Shown here one piece after another: positions 49,440 to 59,159 of a stretch of 64,000 nucleotides of DNA; within the stretch, counting starts at the first letter, position 1, and every line of letters starts with the position of its first letter. The translations under genes and the position numbers were made by a program. The notes below the pieces were generated by a model that worked only from the letters and a program-made list of their open reading frames with translations, was not told the DNA's origin and did no database searches. Where the stretch lies: the IMG/VR virus record IMGVR_UViG_3300032030_000023, positions 1 to 64,000 of that record; one strand, 5' to 3'. This stretch comes from an uncultured virus (IMG/VR IMGVR_UViG_3300032030_000023) (taxonomy: Duplodnaviria; Heunggongvirae; Uroviricota; Caudoviricetes).

Positions 49440-49960
49440 TATATTATATCGTGTTATATTTTAGTGGAAATAACCGGTTATTATAGATACTATAATCTAT
49501 ATAAATATAAAAAGATCCACTGAATATTTTTGATTTTACATTTTATAAATAATCCACTAAAATAAAATTATAATAAATAAAAAGATAATAAAAATCCACT
49601 GAAATATAATTTAATATTTTATAATCAAATAATAAATGATAATTAAATAAAATCAAATCATTTATAAAAAATAAAAATAATATTTATAGAGTTGTTATAT
49701 TTTATATTTATATAGATTATATAATAACTCTATAAATTATAATAATATATCCACTAAAATTATATTTAATAAATTATAATCAATAAATAAATAATATAAA
49801 AATTAAATTTATTTATATTTTAGTGAAAAAATAATATTTATAGAGTTAGTAATAATTATATAAATAATAAAAATAATATCCACTGAAATAAAGTTGAATA
49901 TAAATAAGTATAATAAATGATGATTAAAAAAATCAAGTCGTTTATATTTTAGTGGCAAGT
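49440..49960. other. AT-rich iteron-containing region, candidate replication origin or divergent control region
   Basis: ATCCACT(G/A)AA at 49515, 49552, 49594, 49749, 49877, inverted copies near 49460, 49818, 49947; lies between divergent gene blocks. Confidence 0.55.
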
Positions 49961-50092
49961 ATGTACTATAGATATATAATCTATATGCAAGTAGTAAGTA
50001 TATTAGTTGTGTATAGACTATATATCTGAGTAGATGTATAGAGTGCTAGAGATAGTGCTATTGTATTAACTTTAATTTTAAGGAGACGTAAT

Positions 50093-50449
50093 ATGTCAAA
50101 AGTTCAATCTAATTCTGTTGTTAACACTGTAGCTGGTTTCGATTTAGATAAGGCTTTAGAAGTAGCTCAGGCAACTGAAGCTAAGACTCATGGTGGAGCT
50201 AGAGGAGCTGGTGAGTTTCAGACTTTAGTATTAGCGATGCTCGATAAGGCTGGAGTATTGACGATCAATCAGATCAAAGCTGGTTTAGAGTCAGTAGGGT
50301 TTAAGGATGTTCATGGTAACTCAGCAACAAGTAAGTATATTGCTGATAGAATCTGGACATATGCTAAGAAAGGTAAATGTGCATTTGGTGATGTCAGTGG
50401 TCAGTATATGAGCAATGCTCATCGTGCAGAAAATCCGAAAGCTGAGTAA
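50093..50449 (+). CDS. putative winged-helix DNA-binding protein
   Basis: LVLAML...LTINQIK...YIADRIWTYAKKG pattern; aaggag RBS. Confidence 0.4.
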   Translation: MSKVQSNSVVNTVAGFDLDKALEVAQATEAKTHGGARGAGEFQTLVLAMLDKAGVLTINQIKAGLESVGFKDVHGNSATSKYIADRIWTYAKKGKCAFGDVSGQYMSNAHRAENPKAE

Positions 50450-50550
50450 TATCAGTGAGCGGTGCTAGTGGGGGCGGTGCTTATCTTAAGTGATGAGTGC
50501 CGCTCATTAGCTAGTAATATAAGACATATATAGTAGTATAAGATTTGTGA

Positions 50551-50580
50551 GCGGTGTTCGTAATAGATACCGCTATTTTT
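50551..50580 (+). terminator. terminator-like hairpin
   Basis: gcggtgtt / gataccgc stem then ttttt. Confidence 0.45.
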
Positions 50581-50602
50581 GTATATAAGAAAGGAGACGT
50601 GA

Positions 50603-50836
50603 GTGATGTCTAAGAATAAAATTAAGAATATCTATGAGATGAAGCAGAATAAAGCTGGTGAATGGTGCTTATATGATAATTTGAATGGAGTAGTAATGAT
50701 GCGACATCCAGATAAAGCTACAGTAAGTATGATGATGTTGAAGATGTATCGAGATCTAAGTATAGCTGTGCATGCAGTACCAACGATAAGTAGTGCTAAT
50801 CTTAAGTATATAGCTAACAGTAGTTGGGGTATGTAG
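50603..50836 (+). CDS. hypothetical early protein
   Basis: ORF with aaggag RBS. Confidence 0.55.
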   Translation: MMSKNKIKNIYEMKQNKAGEWCLYDNLNGVVMMRHPDKATVSMMMLKMYRDLSIAVHAVPTISSANLKYIANSSWGM

Positions 50837-50960
50837 AAGATATTATGTGAGCACTGAAGATTCACCAGCAGTGTTTTTAGTGAATATTGCTGGTGTTTCT
50901 TGAATGCTTAAACAGTATTCAGTAATGACATTAACACTAGATGAAAGGAGATAGTGAGAT

Positions 50961-51353
50961 ATGTTCAGTAATCAGAAACTAATAGATGCTCAAGAGGTTG
51001 CTAAGACTGATGAGTATGAAGTTGATGAGCAAGGTTTTGCTGTAATAAAGGATAGTATAAATCCAGACAGTAGATCTTTGTTAGATGATAGTCAGTTTAA
51101 GAGTAATGGTACTGATGGTGTGAATGATGTTAATGAAGCTAATAAAGTAATTAATGAATTTCCGACATTAGAAGATGTTACGAATAAAACTGAGGATAAA
51201 TCGAAGGAGAATATTGGTAGGACTGTAGAACAACAGTTACGAGAACTTATTATGAGTAATAATGTACCGTATTTAATTGAAAGCGGTAAGTATAGAGATG
51301 CTAAGATACTTGGTAAGTTACAATTACTGTATTTAGAGTCTCTTGGAGTATAA
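50961..51353 (+). CDS. hypothetical early protein
   Basis: ORF with aaggag RBS. Confidence 0.55.
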   Translation: MFSNQKLIDAQEVAKTDEYEVDEQGFAVIKDSINPDSRSLLDDSQFKSNGTDGVNDVNEANKVINEFPTLEDVTNKTEDKSKENIGRTVEQQLRELIMSNNVPYLIESGKYRDAKILGKLQLLYLESLGV

Positions 51354-51475
51354 TTTCAGTAAAAGCTCGTTAAATGGTCGTACGTGAGCGAAATTAGTTT
51401 TTATATATAGTTATATATATTGAATTGATTTCGTTTATGTACGGTCAAAAAAAGCTTATTTATGGAGGTTTTAGC

Positions 51476-51784
51476 ATGAATAATAAGATAGAGTATATGA
51501 AATTCGCATCAGATTATAGGTCTATTGAGGAATTTCTTAAGACGACATCTGGACGTATGTCTGTAGTTGTAGATGCATCGATATATGGTTTTAATACATA
51601 TAAGTGGTTAATGTTCGAATTTTACTTAGGATTAGATGATAACAATAATCAAGTAATATACATGAACATTATCGAGAAGACTGCTAAAGGTGATACTCTA
51701 TTGAATAAGTATCCTGTTAAACCTACAGTAGATTTCTTGAATGAAGTTAATAAGTTTATCGAAAGAATAAAAGATGAAGAATAA
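51476..51784 (+). CDS. hypothetical early protein
   Basis: start placed at MNNKIE after ggagg. Confidence 0.55.
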   Translation: MNNKIEYMKFASDYRSIEEFLKTTSGRMSVVVDASIYGFNTYKWLMFEFYLGLDDNNNQVIYMNIIEKTAKGDTLLNKYPVKPTVDFLNEVNKFIERIKDEE

Positions 51785-51911
51785 AAACTTTTTACCAGAT
51801 GAAAAAGAAGATGACTTTAGTTACGACTTTCCACTGTTTAATTAAAGTCAATTTTAGAATATATTAATTTAATATTAATATATTATAAAATCAGAAACAG
51901 AGGTTGTCTCA

Positions 51912-51950
51912 CTTCAGAATATATTAATTTAATATTAATATATTCTGAAG
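51912..51950. repeat. perfect 17-bp-stem palindrome, core duplicated at 51856
   Basis: cttcagaatatattaat-ttaat-attaatatattctgaag. Confidence 0.85.
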
Positions 51951-51983
51951 CTTGTTAAGTAATAAAACGAAAGGAAGTATGAA

Positions 51984-52298
51984 ATGAAAACAGGAATGTA
52001 TATCTATGTAATTAAGTCTGATACTAATGAGTATGGTGAGCGTCATATTCAGAGTGTAGAGAAAGATTTAGCTATACATCATAAGTCAGGAGTATTTGTA
52101 ACAGAAAAGAATGGTCTTGTTAAAGATACTAATGTTATGTTAACGTATACCGCTAAACAATTACAGAAATTAGTATTTGAAAATGCTTATAACGGTTATT
52201 GTAGTAAGAAGTTATATAACCAATTCAGAACTCAAAAGCTTATTGAAGATACATTATTACGTAATCAAATGATGTCTGCACAAAGAGTTGCTGCTTAA
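51984..52298 (+). CDS. hypothetical early protein
   Basis: ORF with RBS. Confidence 0.55.
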   Translation: MKTGMYIYVIKSDTNEYGERHIQSVEKDLAIHHKSGVFVTEKNGLVKDTNVMLTYTAKQLQKLVFENAYNGYCSKKLYNQFRTQKLIEDTLLRNQMMSAQRVAA

Positions 52299-52577
52299 TT
52301 ATAGACGAAAAAATAGACAAAAAAGAGTATTTTTTCATTTATTATAGACGAAAATAAATGAATGTCATAAACTGAAGGAGGTTAATCATGAAAAAAGTAT
52401 TCTAGATATGATACAATGATATGATAACGATATAATATTCTATTACTTTTTACTTAAACTTTGGATTAACTATACTGAAGGAGAGTAAGATGTGCGAAAG
52501 ACCTAGGTGAGTATGTCTATTATTATGTATATATGTTATATTAACGATATTTAATAATAAAATAGGAGATTAAAGAA

Positions 52578-53129
52578 ATGACAAAAACATTATTACCGTA
52601 TAAAAGAACATTAGAAGCAAGAAAGTTATATAATAACGCTGTTAAAGAGTTTACTGCTTCTTATGACTTAACTAAGATCAAAGATGAAAAAGAAGACTTC
52701 GACGATATATTAAGTACTAAAGTATATGATAAAATCATGATTAAAGGTTATAATGACATATACGAAATTGTAGACAAGATTATTCATGAAGAAAATCCTG
52801 AAATATCTAAAGATAAAGATATACCATTTCACATGTTTTCTTATGTATTAAATAGTGATACATACTTAGACTGCGATTGTCTTGATTGTGCATATGATAC
52901 AGATATTATTACAGAACTAAAATCATTACTATCACCATTAAAACCTGTATTAGAAGAAAACAGCGATTATCCTGAAGAAGAAGTTAATAAAGTATTTGAC
53001 TTTGCTCTAGTAATCGTTGATAGTATTGCTCATAAATACGGTGAAAGAGGTCAATACTTCCTAGATTGGTGGGGTAATACTGACGGAACGATAGAACTAG
53101 TCGACCAAATAGCTAATGGAACAATATAA
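52578..53129 (+). CDS. hypothetical early protein
   Basis: ORF with aggag RBS. Confidence 0.6.
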   Translation: MTKTLLPYKRTLEARKLYNNAVKEFTASYDLTKIKDEKEDFDDILSTKVYDKIMIKGYNDIYEIVDKIIHEENPEISKDKDIPFHMFSYVLNSDTYLDCDCLDCAYDTDIITELKSLLSPLKPVLEENSDYPEEEVNKVFDFALVIVDSIAHKYGERGQYFLDWWGNTDGTIELVDQIANGTI

Positions 53130-53340
53130 CTTATAACAAAACGTTATAATTACTAAATTTCACACTTTATTATTAAATATCAATAACTTAGGTAAAATAA
53201 TCTATACTTCTCGAATAGTTAACTGAGAAAAAAGGATCATTTTCCCTATATACGAAATACAAACAAAACATCACAAATCGTTATAAATTGACTTAACGAT
53301 ATTACAAAATGTTATAACTTAAAAATGAAAGGAAAATACT

Positions 53341-53877
53341 ATGTCTAAACAATACATCATTACTGATCCATGTTACATCTTATCTGATACTGTATGGCAA
53401 AACATCTGTAAATCCTGTAAAGACGATGACTACTATAACGGTACATTCGATAATAAAGTAACAGAAGAACTAAACAAACTCGCTAATACCACTACTGCTA
53501 AAGCTTCTACTACAGGATTCGGTGATTGGCAAAACTGTATACACTCCGATAATCCTACAGAAGCTAATATCATCCAATCAGACTTCTTTGCTGACTCAGG
53601 TATGGTATGCGTCGTAGAATATAACGATATCATCAAACAAGCTCTAAAAGATAAAAACAATGACCACTTAACAGACGAAAATACAGGTAGTGCTGCTGTC
53701 ATAGAAATACAAGACGATTCAGATATAGATATCGAAATGGATACTTCTGATACTAACTGGACTCAAGTAAAAATCAGCACTCCTAACGAAAACTTCTGGT
53801 CTACATATCCATATAACGACGATGACGAAGAAGAAGATGAAGATTATTGCGACTACGATCCAGAAGATGACGAATAA
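53341..53877 (+). CDS. hypothetical phage protein
   Basis: ITDPCY...TGFGDW...FFADSGMVCV motif set. Confidence 0.6.
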   Translation: MSKQYIITDPCYILSDTVWQNICKSCKDDDYYNGTFDNKVTEELNKLANTTTAKASTTGFGDWQNCIHSDNPTEANIIQSDFFADSGMVCVVEYNDIIKQALKDKNNDHLTDENTGSAAVIEIQDDSDIDIEMDTSDTNWTQVKISTPNENFWSTYPYNDDDEEEDEDYCDYDPEDDE

Positions 53878-54040
53878 AAATAGAATAAAACAAGAACAAA
53901 CAAGACTTTTTGTCTAAAAAATGGACGAAAAAAGTTTTTAATAATTTCAAGTACTTAGATAAAAATCCCTATAAGGAAAATAAAACAGAATTGTAGGGAT
54001 TTTTGTCTATTTTGTCCAACAAGAAAAAGGAGATAAAATC

Positions 54041-54235
54041 ATGCTTAAAACTTATGGTGATCTTAAAAAATACTTCAATAACATCCTAGAAGAAATCGAA
54101 GATGTACCTGATTCTAAAGAACTACATGTATCCTGTAATACATATAGACAATACGGTACTCTACTTTCTATTCCAGGTCAAGGATACATCAACCTAAACG
54201 AACTAACACCAGAAGATGAAGACGAAGAAGACTAA
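54041..54235 (+). CDS. hypothetical protein
   Basis: 64 aa, aaggag RBS. Confidence 0.5.
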   Translation: MLKTYGDLKKYFNNILEEIEDVPDSKELHVSCNTYRQYGTLLSIPGQGYINLNELTPEDEDEED

Positions 54236-54249
54236 AGGATATACACACC

Positions 54250-54432
54250 ATGAAACAACTATTATATACTATCTCATCTATCACAATACTTTCAATTCTT
54301 ATCCTATGTATACTTACTCCTGAAAAAACACTCCAAGGAGAATATACTGATGCTGTAAAATACTGGTCTAACAACACCTACTACACCATGAACTTTATCG
54401 ACCCACTCTTTATCCCTTTGCAACACAACTAA
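54250..54432 (+). CDS. small membrane protein
   Basis: N-terminal hydrophobic helix. Confidence 0.45.
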   Translation: MKQLLYTISSITILSILILCILTPEKTLQGEYTDAVKYWSNNTYYTMNFIDPLFIPLQHN

Positions 54433-54770
54433 CCTAACTGCCATAAATATACAGCAAGTTAGTCTCACTAGATACATGCATATAAGAATTAAAGAGCGGG
54501 TAGATGTCAGTGTCAGTCCTTGTGGTTAGTGTGTCTAAGTCCTCTGTGCATTATCCTGTAGTTAGTCTCAGACACATTGTCTGTAAGTCTGTAGTCCTTG
54601 CACATCTCTTATATGTCTTGCAGTAAGTCTTGTTATATATCTTAGACATATTGTCTATTGTGTTAGATACGTACTGCAAAATGTATGTTAAGTCTGTGTG
54701 TGTCTCTTATATGTATATATGTTATCTCATTATGTTTTATTATTATGTATATGTTTTTGAAAGGAGGTGT

Positions 54771-55106
54771 ATGATGAATAAGAATAAGATATCTGGTGAA
54801 GATTTATATAGTATGATAAGCGGTTATAGTTATGAGACTAGATGGGATAGAAAGCAGTTTATTTGTGTATATATAGATGATTTAGAAAGAAAAAGTAGGT
54901 TTTTAATATTTAGATTAAAGAAAGAAAGAGATGATGTGTATATGGTTATGTTGAATTATTTGAAGTATGATGAAATAAAAAGATTGTTTAAGTGTATAGG
55001 AATTAAGATTAAAGAAGAATATAATAGAAAGTATATAACAAGTGAAGATTATGATAAGTTTATGTTATTATTAAAGTTAAGAGGTGTAAGGAGATGGGAT
55101 AGATAG
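54771..55106 (+). CDS. small paralogue-family protein
   Basis: LFKCIGI...YITSEDYDKFMLLLKLRG; start placed after aaggagg. Confidence 0.55.
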   Translation: MMNKNKISGEDLYSMISGYSYETRWDRKQFICVYIDDLERKSRFLIFRLKKERDDVYMVMLNYLKYDEIKRLFKCIGIKIKEEYNRKYITSEDYDKFMLLLKLRGVRRWDR

Positions 55107-55128
55107 TAGTTATTAGGAGTTATATGTT

Positions 55129-55455
55129 ATGTGTGATGATATAGAGTTAGTAAGAGTAATGGATGTAACAAAGACTGATGGAGATAAAATAGTATATATA
55201 TGTTTTGAAGGAGTATGTAAATATCTAGAGGTTTGTTGTAGATATAATAGAAATATAAGAAAGTATGAGTTTGATAGTTTTGAGTTTAGAGGATATAATA
55301 GAGGAATATTGAATAAGATATATGATATTACTGGAGAGAAGGTAGAGAAGTATTATAATAAGTATTATATTAGTAAGGAAAGTATAAGGAAGATAATAGC
55401 GTATAGTAGAATAATAGGTATATATGGATGGAAATATGGAGGTTGTTATGGTTAA
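55129..55455 (+). CDS. small paralogue-family protein
   Basis: YYISKESIRKIIAYSRIIG. Confidence 0.5.
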   Translation: MCDDIELVRVMDVTKTDGDKIVYICFEGVCKYLEVCCRYNRNIRKYEFDSFEFRGYNRGILNKIYDITGEKVEKYYNKYYISKESIRKIIAYSRIIGIYGWKYGGCYG

Positions 55456-55828
55456 GTATTCAGTTGGTATAATTCCTTGTGGTAAGATTTTGTTAGATAG
55501 TGATAAAGGAAAAGTATATAGAGTAACAGATAGTGAAAGTGTACATATATTTGATTGTTGTGGTGACGTAGTAATAAGTGTGGATAAAGTAAAAAGAGCC
55601 ACAAGAGATACATTTAGGTGTGAAAGAAGTGTAGAGGTATGTATACAAGGTAATGGATATGATGTAATAGTAAGTGAAGATGGATATATAGAACGTAGGA
55701 AATATTTTGAAAGAATTGAAGACGTGTATAATTTAATGAAAAAAGAAAGATGTAATGAGAAAAGTATTAAGTTATTTAGAGTATTATTAGATAAATATAA
55801 TAAGGGTGAGATAGAGATAAGGAGGTGA
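55448..55828 (+). CDS. hypothetical protein
   Basis: start placed at MVKYS after ggagg. Confidence 0.5.
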   Translation: MVKYSVGIIPCGKILLDSDKGKVYRVTDSESVHIFDCCGDVVISVDKVKRATRDTFRCERSVEVCIQGNGYDVIVSEDGYIERRKYFERIEDVYNLMKKERCNEKSIKLFRVLLDKYNKGEIEIRR

Positions 55829-55831
55829 GTT

Positions 55832-56164
55832 ATGAGTGAAAATGAATATAAAAAACTTGAGGAATTAATAAAATGGTTAGAAGATAAGTTAGCAAGTAAA
55901 AACTTATTAAGTCATAGTTTTGGTATATGTCTTTCTGTAGAAGATAAAAAAGATGGTGGTTATTATGTTGGTTTATGTTTAGATGATTATCGTACGAGTT
56001 ATATAAGGTTTCGTGATTTTGGAGTTAGACGTAAAAAGTTTTTAGAGACGTTGGTTGGTGAAGAGTTAGAATATTTTGAGGAAAAAGGTATAGCTACTAT
56101 GAATGTTAGATTAGATGAAAAACATATAAAGAGGTTATCTATGTTACGTAGTATCTATCATTAA
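55832..56164 (+). CDS. small protein, possible paralogue-family member
   Basis: VRLDEKHIKRLSMLRSIY. Confidence 0.5.
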   Translation: MSENEYKKLEELIKWLEDKLASKNLLSHSFGICLSVEDKKDGGYYVGLCLDDYRTSYIRFRDFGVRRKKFLETLVGEELEYFEEKGIATMNVRLDEKHIKRLSMLRSIYH

Positions 56165-56203
56165 ATGGAGTATTACTTTATAGTTTAGACAGGAGGATAT
56201 GAT

Positions 56204-56965
56204 ATGGAAAAAGATATTGAAGTAAAGTTAAATGAGATGAATGCTAAGATAGATAGTATTTGTAGATTTTTAGGAATATCTAATGATATAATTGAAGTGT
56301 CAGATATTAAGAAACATTATTACGAAGTATGGGTTAGAGATGCATATGGTAAAGTAATGATGAATACACATTATAAGTTAGAAGAAAATGCTGAAAAATT
56401 AAAAGATTATATCATGACATATAAAAAGAATTTAGGTGTTGTGGTTGAGATAACTAAAGAAGATAATAAGTATTTTAGTAGTCCTTTAACATATATTATG
56501 ACTGGTACTGTAGTACAATCTAAAGCACAGTTAGAAAAGAAAGATGAAGAGTTATTAGAATATGATAAAAAGATGTTTGATACGATTGTTAATGATATGA
56601 AGAAAACTATCTATAAAGTAGAAGCTATTATAGATGATATTGAATCTGGTACAATGTATGTAAATAAAAAAGATTTAGTATTTATGAAAGATGTGTATAA
56701 ATGTTTAGGATTATTTAATGAAAAGAATAGTAAGATTAATGTTGAGAAGCTTACTTATAGTATTGAGTCAGTTGATGTGAAAGATTATGGTAGAGATGTT
56801 TGGACAGTACGACGTATAGCACGCTTATTAGGTTTTGTAGGGCGTTATGCTAAAAGTGATAATAAACGTGTTAAAGAATTTATTGATAAGTATAATTTAA
56901 AAGATGATAATAGTCATAAGAAGTTATCATTAAAAGAATTTATAGACATAGTATTTCATGACTAA
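56204..56965 (+). CDS. hypothetical protein
   Basis: 253 aa with aggagg RBS. Confidence 0.6.
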   Translation: MEKDIEVKLNEMNAKIDSICRFLGISNDIIEVSDIKKHYYEVWVRDAYGKVMMNTHYKLEENAEKLKDYIMTYKKNLGVVVEITKEDNKYFSSPLTYIMTGTVVQSKAQLEKKDEELLEYDKKMFDTIVNDMKKTIYKVEAIIDDIESGTMYVNKKDLVFMKDVYKCLGLFNEKNSKINVEKLTYSIESVDVKDYGRDVWTVRRIARLLGFVGRYAKSDNKRVKEFIDKYNLKDDNSHKKLSLKEFIDIVFHD

Positions 56966-57131
56966 TGACATAACGAAGGAGAGCAGTGATATGAAATCAT
57001 ATAAATTTTTTGGAAAAGGTTATAAGTGTCTAAATTATGTTTATAAGTTAGATGAGGTTAAGTTATTACTGTAATATTGGACAAAGTCTTTTGTCTATTT
57101 TTCAGTAAATTAAAAAGAAAGGAGGTAAGCA

Positions 57132-57353
57132 ATGTATATTGTTGAAGTTGTTGAATCTTTTGAAATAGTTATATCACGAGATGGATTTGGAGAAGTGATT
57201 GAAGTAGAATCTCATGAATCCCGTAAAGTTGTAGGAATCTTTCGTGATCGTGACCGTGCTGAGAAATGTCGTCGTTTACAACCTGAGTTTGTTGAAGATC
57301 ATCAGAGTTTGGAACCTCAAGTTATAATTCGTGAAATTGATTCTGATTTATAA
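57132..57353 (+). CDS. hypothetical protein
   Basis: aaggagg RBS; VVGIFRDRDRAE. Confidence 0.55.
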   Translation: MYIVEVVESFEIVISRDGFGEVIEVESHESRKVVGIFRDRDRAEKCRRLQPEFVEDHQSLEPQVIIREIDSDL

Positions 57354-57522
57354 TGAATTGAAAGGAAGTTATAATGAAAGGAAGAGTTAAACGAAAATTA
57401 AAAAGAATAGCTAATATTTTAAAGAAAGCTTTTTTACAAAAGAAATATATAAGTGAAATTCAATATAAACCACGAGAACCAATGGAATATATTTGCGTAC
57501 CATTAACCACTAAAAGAAAGGA

Positions 57523-57735
57523 GTGATAACTATGGGTAAACTAATATGGGTAGTATATAGAATTGTAAAACATGGTTATAAAGAAAAAGCTTCATTGATA
57601 TATCTCTGTAAAACCAAAGAGCTAGCAGATTATGCTGCAAGTAAACTCAATGAAAAATATAAACAGACTATAGAAAATTGTAATAACTCCGGTGAAACAT
57701 ATATGTCTTTTTATGTTACCATTGTGTATTACTAA
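57523..57735 (+). CDS. hypothetical protein
   Basis: short ORF with RBS. Confidence 0.45.
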   Translation: MITMGKLIWVVYRIVKHGYKEKASLIYLCKTKELADYAASKLNEKYKQTIENCNNSGETYMSFYVTIVYY

Positions 57736-57796
57736 AAAATTTATTAATGAAACTATGGATTTTACAAACGCATTTTAATTAGAAAGGAGGTAAGTA

Positions 57797-58210
57797 ATGA
57801 CTAAATTATATGTAACAGCAGATGAACTTAAGAAAGCTGCAGACTATCTTACTTCTATTAAAGAACGAGGTGGCTGTTATTATTGGAAAATATACGCCAA
57901 TACAGATGACAATAAAGATATATACATTGTCTTAGGTTGGACACAATATGAATATGATAGTGGCGATACTAAATATTATGATAAAGGATATAATTTAGCG
58001 GTTAAAGTTGCATATCAACCATCTAATAGCATAATGCAATGTAGTTATGATGTAGACTTTAGTCTTCCATACAATCCAGACACTGGTGAAATAGATAATG
58101 ATTTTGAATATCTATTAACCGATACAACAGACTTTAATTCTGTAGCAAAAGATTTAAATAGTAATGCTTCATGGTTAATTAAGCATTGGAAGGAGTTAGG
58201 TCATGAGTAA
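57797..58210 (+). CDS. hypothetical protein
   Basis: aaggagg RBS. Confidence 0.6.
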   Translation: MTKLYVTADELKKAADYLTSIKERGGCYYWKIYANTDDNKDIYIVLGWTQYEYDSGDTKYYDKGYNLAVKVAYQPSNSIMQCSYDVDFSLPYNPDTGEIDNDFEYLLTDTTDFNSVAKDLNSNASWLIKHWKELGHE

Positions 58211-58418
58211 ATGGACTGATGCTAAATTAAAACGTCAAGTTATTGAAGAATGGAAAGACTGTTACGAATGTGGACATTTTCCTGATTTTATATGTGATCA
58301 ACCTAACGTTAGTGAAGAAGAGTTAGAAGATTATGCTAAAGAATATGATATGACTTTAGAAGAATTTAAAAAGTATGTCGATTATTTTCTTTCATATAAC
58401 GAAACTAGAACATTTTAA
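58203..58418 (+). CDS. hypothetical protein
   Basis: ORF in operon with RBS. Confidence 0.55.
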   Translation: MSKWTDAKLKRQVIEEWKDCYECGHFPDFICDQPNVSEEELEDYAKEYDMTLEEFKKYVDYFLSYNETRTF

Positions 58419-58430
58419 GGAGTAAATACT

Positions 58431-58808
58431 ATGAGTAATATTGTATATTGTATTATTGTACGAGATAATGGTTGGGATGATGACGAATTGAATGGGTCTA
58501 CTAAAGATTATTATAGAGGTGAACGAGCAATTCGTTTAATTAAAAGTTTTATAAATGATTGTTGTAAATGTAGTGAAATAGAAAGTATCTATAAAGTCCA
58601 TCCAGATGATGTTAAAAAGTTATCTAAATCTAGTATTTTAACTTTTGAAGATGCTGAAAATTGTGTTAGAGAAATATTAGAAGATATATATGAAGCTGAT
58701 AAAAAATTACTAGATAAAATTATGACAGAAGAGTATTATAAAAAGTATAAAAAATATTTAGATAGAGATACAATTGAAAGATGGAAAGAGGATAAAGATA
58801 ATGAATAA
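58431..58808 (+). CDS. hypothetical protein
   Basis: aaggag RBS. Confidence 0.55.
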   Translation: MSNIVYCIIVRDNGWDDDELNGSTKDYYRGERAIRLIKSFINDCCKCSEIESIYKVHPDDVKKLSKSSILTFEDAENCVREILEDIYEADKKLLDKIMTEEYYKKYKKYLDRDTIERWKEDKDNE

Positions 58809-59154
58809 GATTAACAGTGTATTAGATCAGAAAATACAAGATCAACTTGAAAGTTATCCTAATCTTAAAAAGTATGTTGAACATTATATAGAAACTGATG
58901 GTGAACCTGAAGATGAAGGATGTATCTCTAATCTTGTTTGTTATTTTAAGTTACAATGTCTTAAACATAATTTAAACGAGACAAAAGTATTTAAGTGGAA
59001 TAAGAAAATTTCTGATGATTTCTATACTTGGGGTACTAATTCACGTTGGTCTAATACTTTTGATACCTTTTTATACTATAATTTTCAATATGTTGTAGAA
59101 ATTGGTATTAGTTTAGCTGAAAAATATGGTGATATTGATGTAGATAAGGAGTAA
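58801..59154 (+). CDS. hypothetical protein
   Basis: start placed at MNKINS. Confidence 0.55.
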   Translation: MNKINSVLDQKIQDQLESYPNLKKYVEHYIETDGEPEDEGCISNLVCYFKLQCLKHNLNETKVFKWNKKISDDFYTWGTNSRWSNTFDTFLYYNFQYVVEIGISLAEKYGDIDVDKE

Positions 59155-59159
59155 ATACT

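Noticed and set aside
49440..49960. CRISPR array
   Set aside because: Repeats are only ~10 bp, irregularly spaced and in both orientations; no cas genes.
312..55602. Short antisense or out-of-frame ORFs (312, 3313, 4400, 7182, 7898, 8404, 9593, 10197, 15851, 18120, 20119, 25252, 26181, 26485, 28231, 31450, 32560, 32594, 39636, 41106, 42504, 50632, 53433, 54189, 55225)
   Set aside because: They overlap better-supported genes and have shadow-ORF composition.
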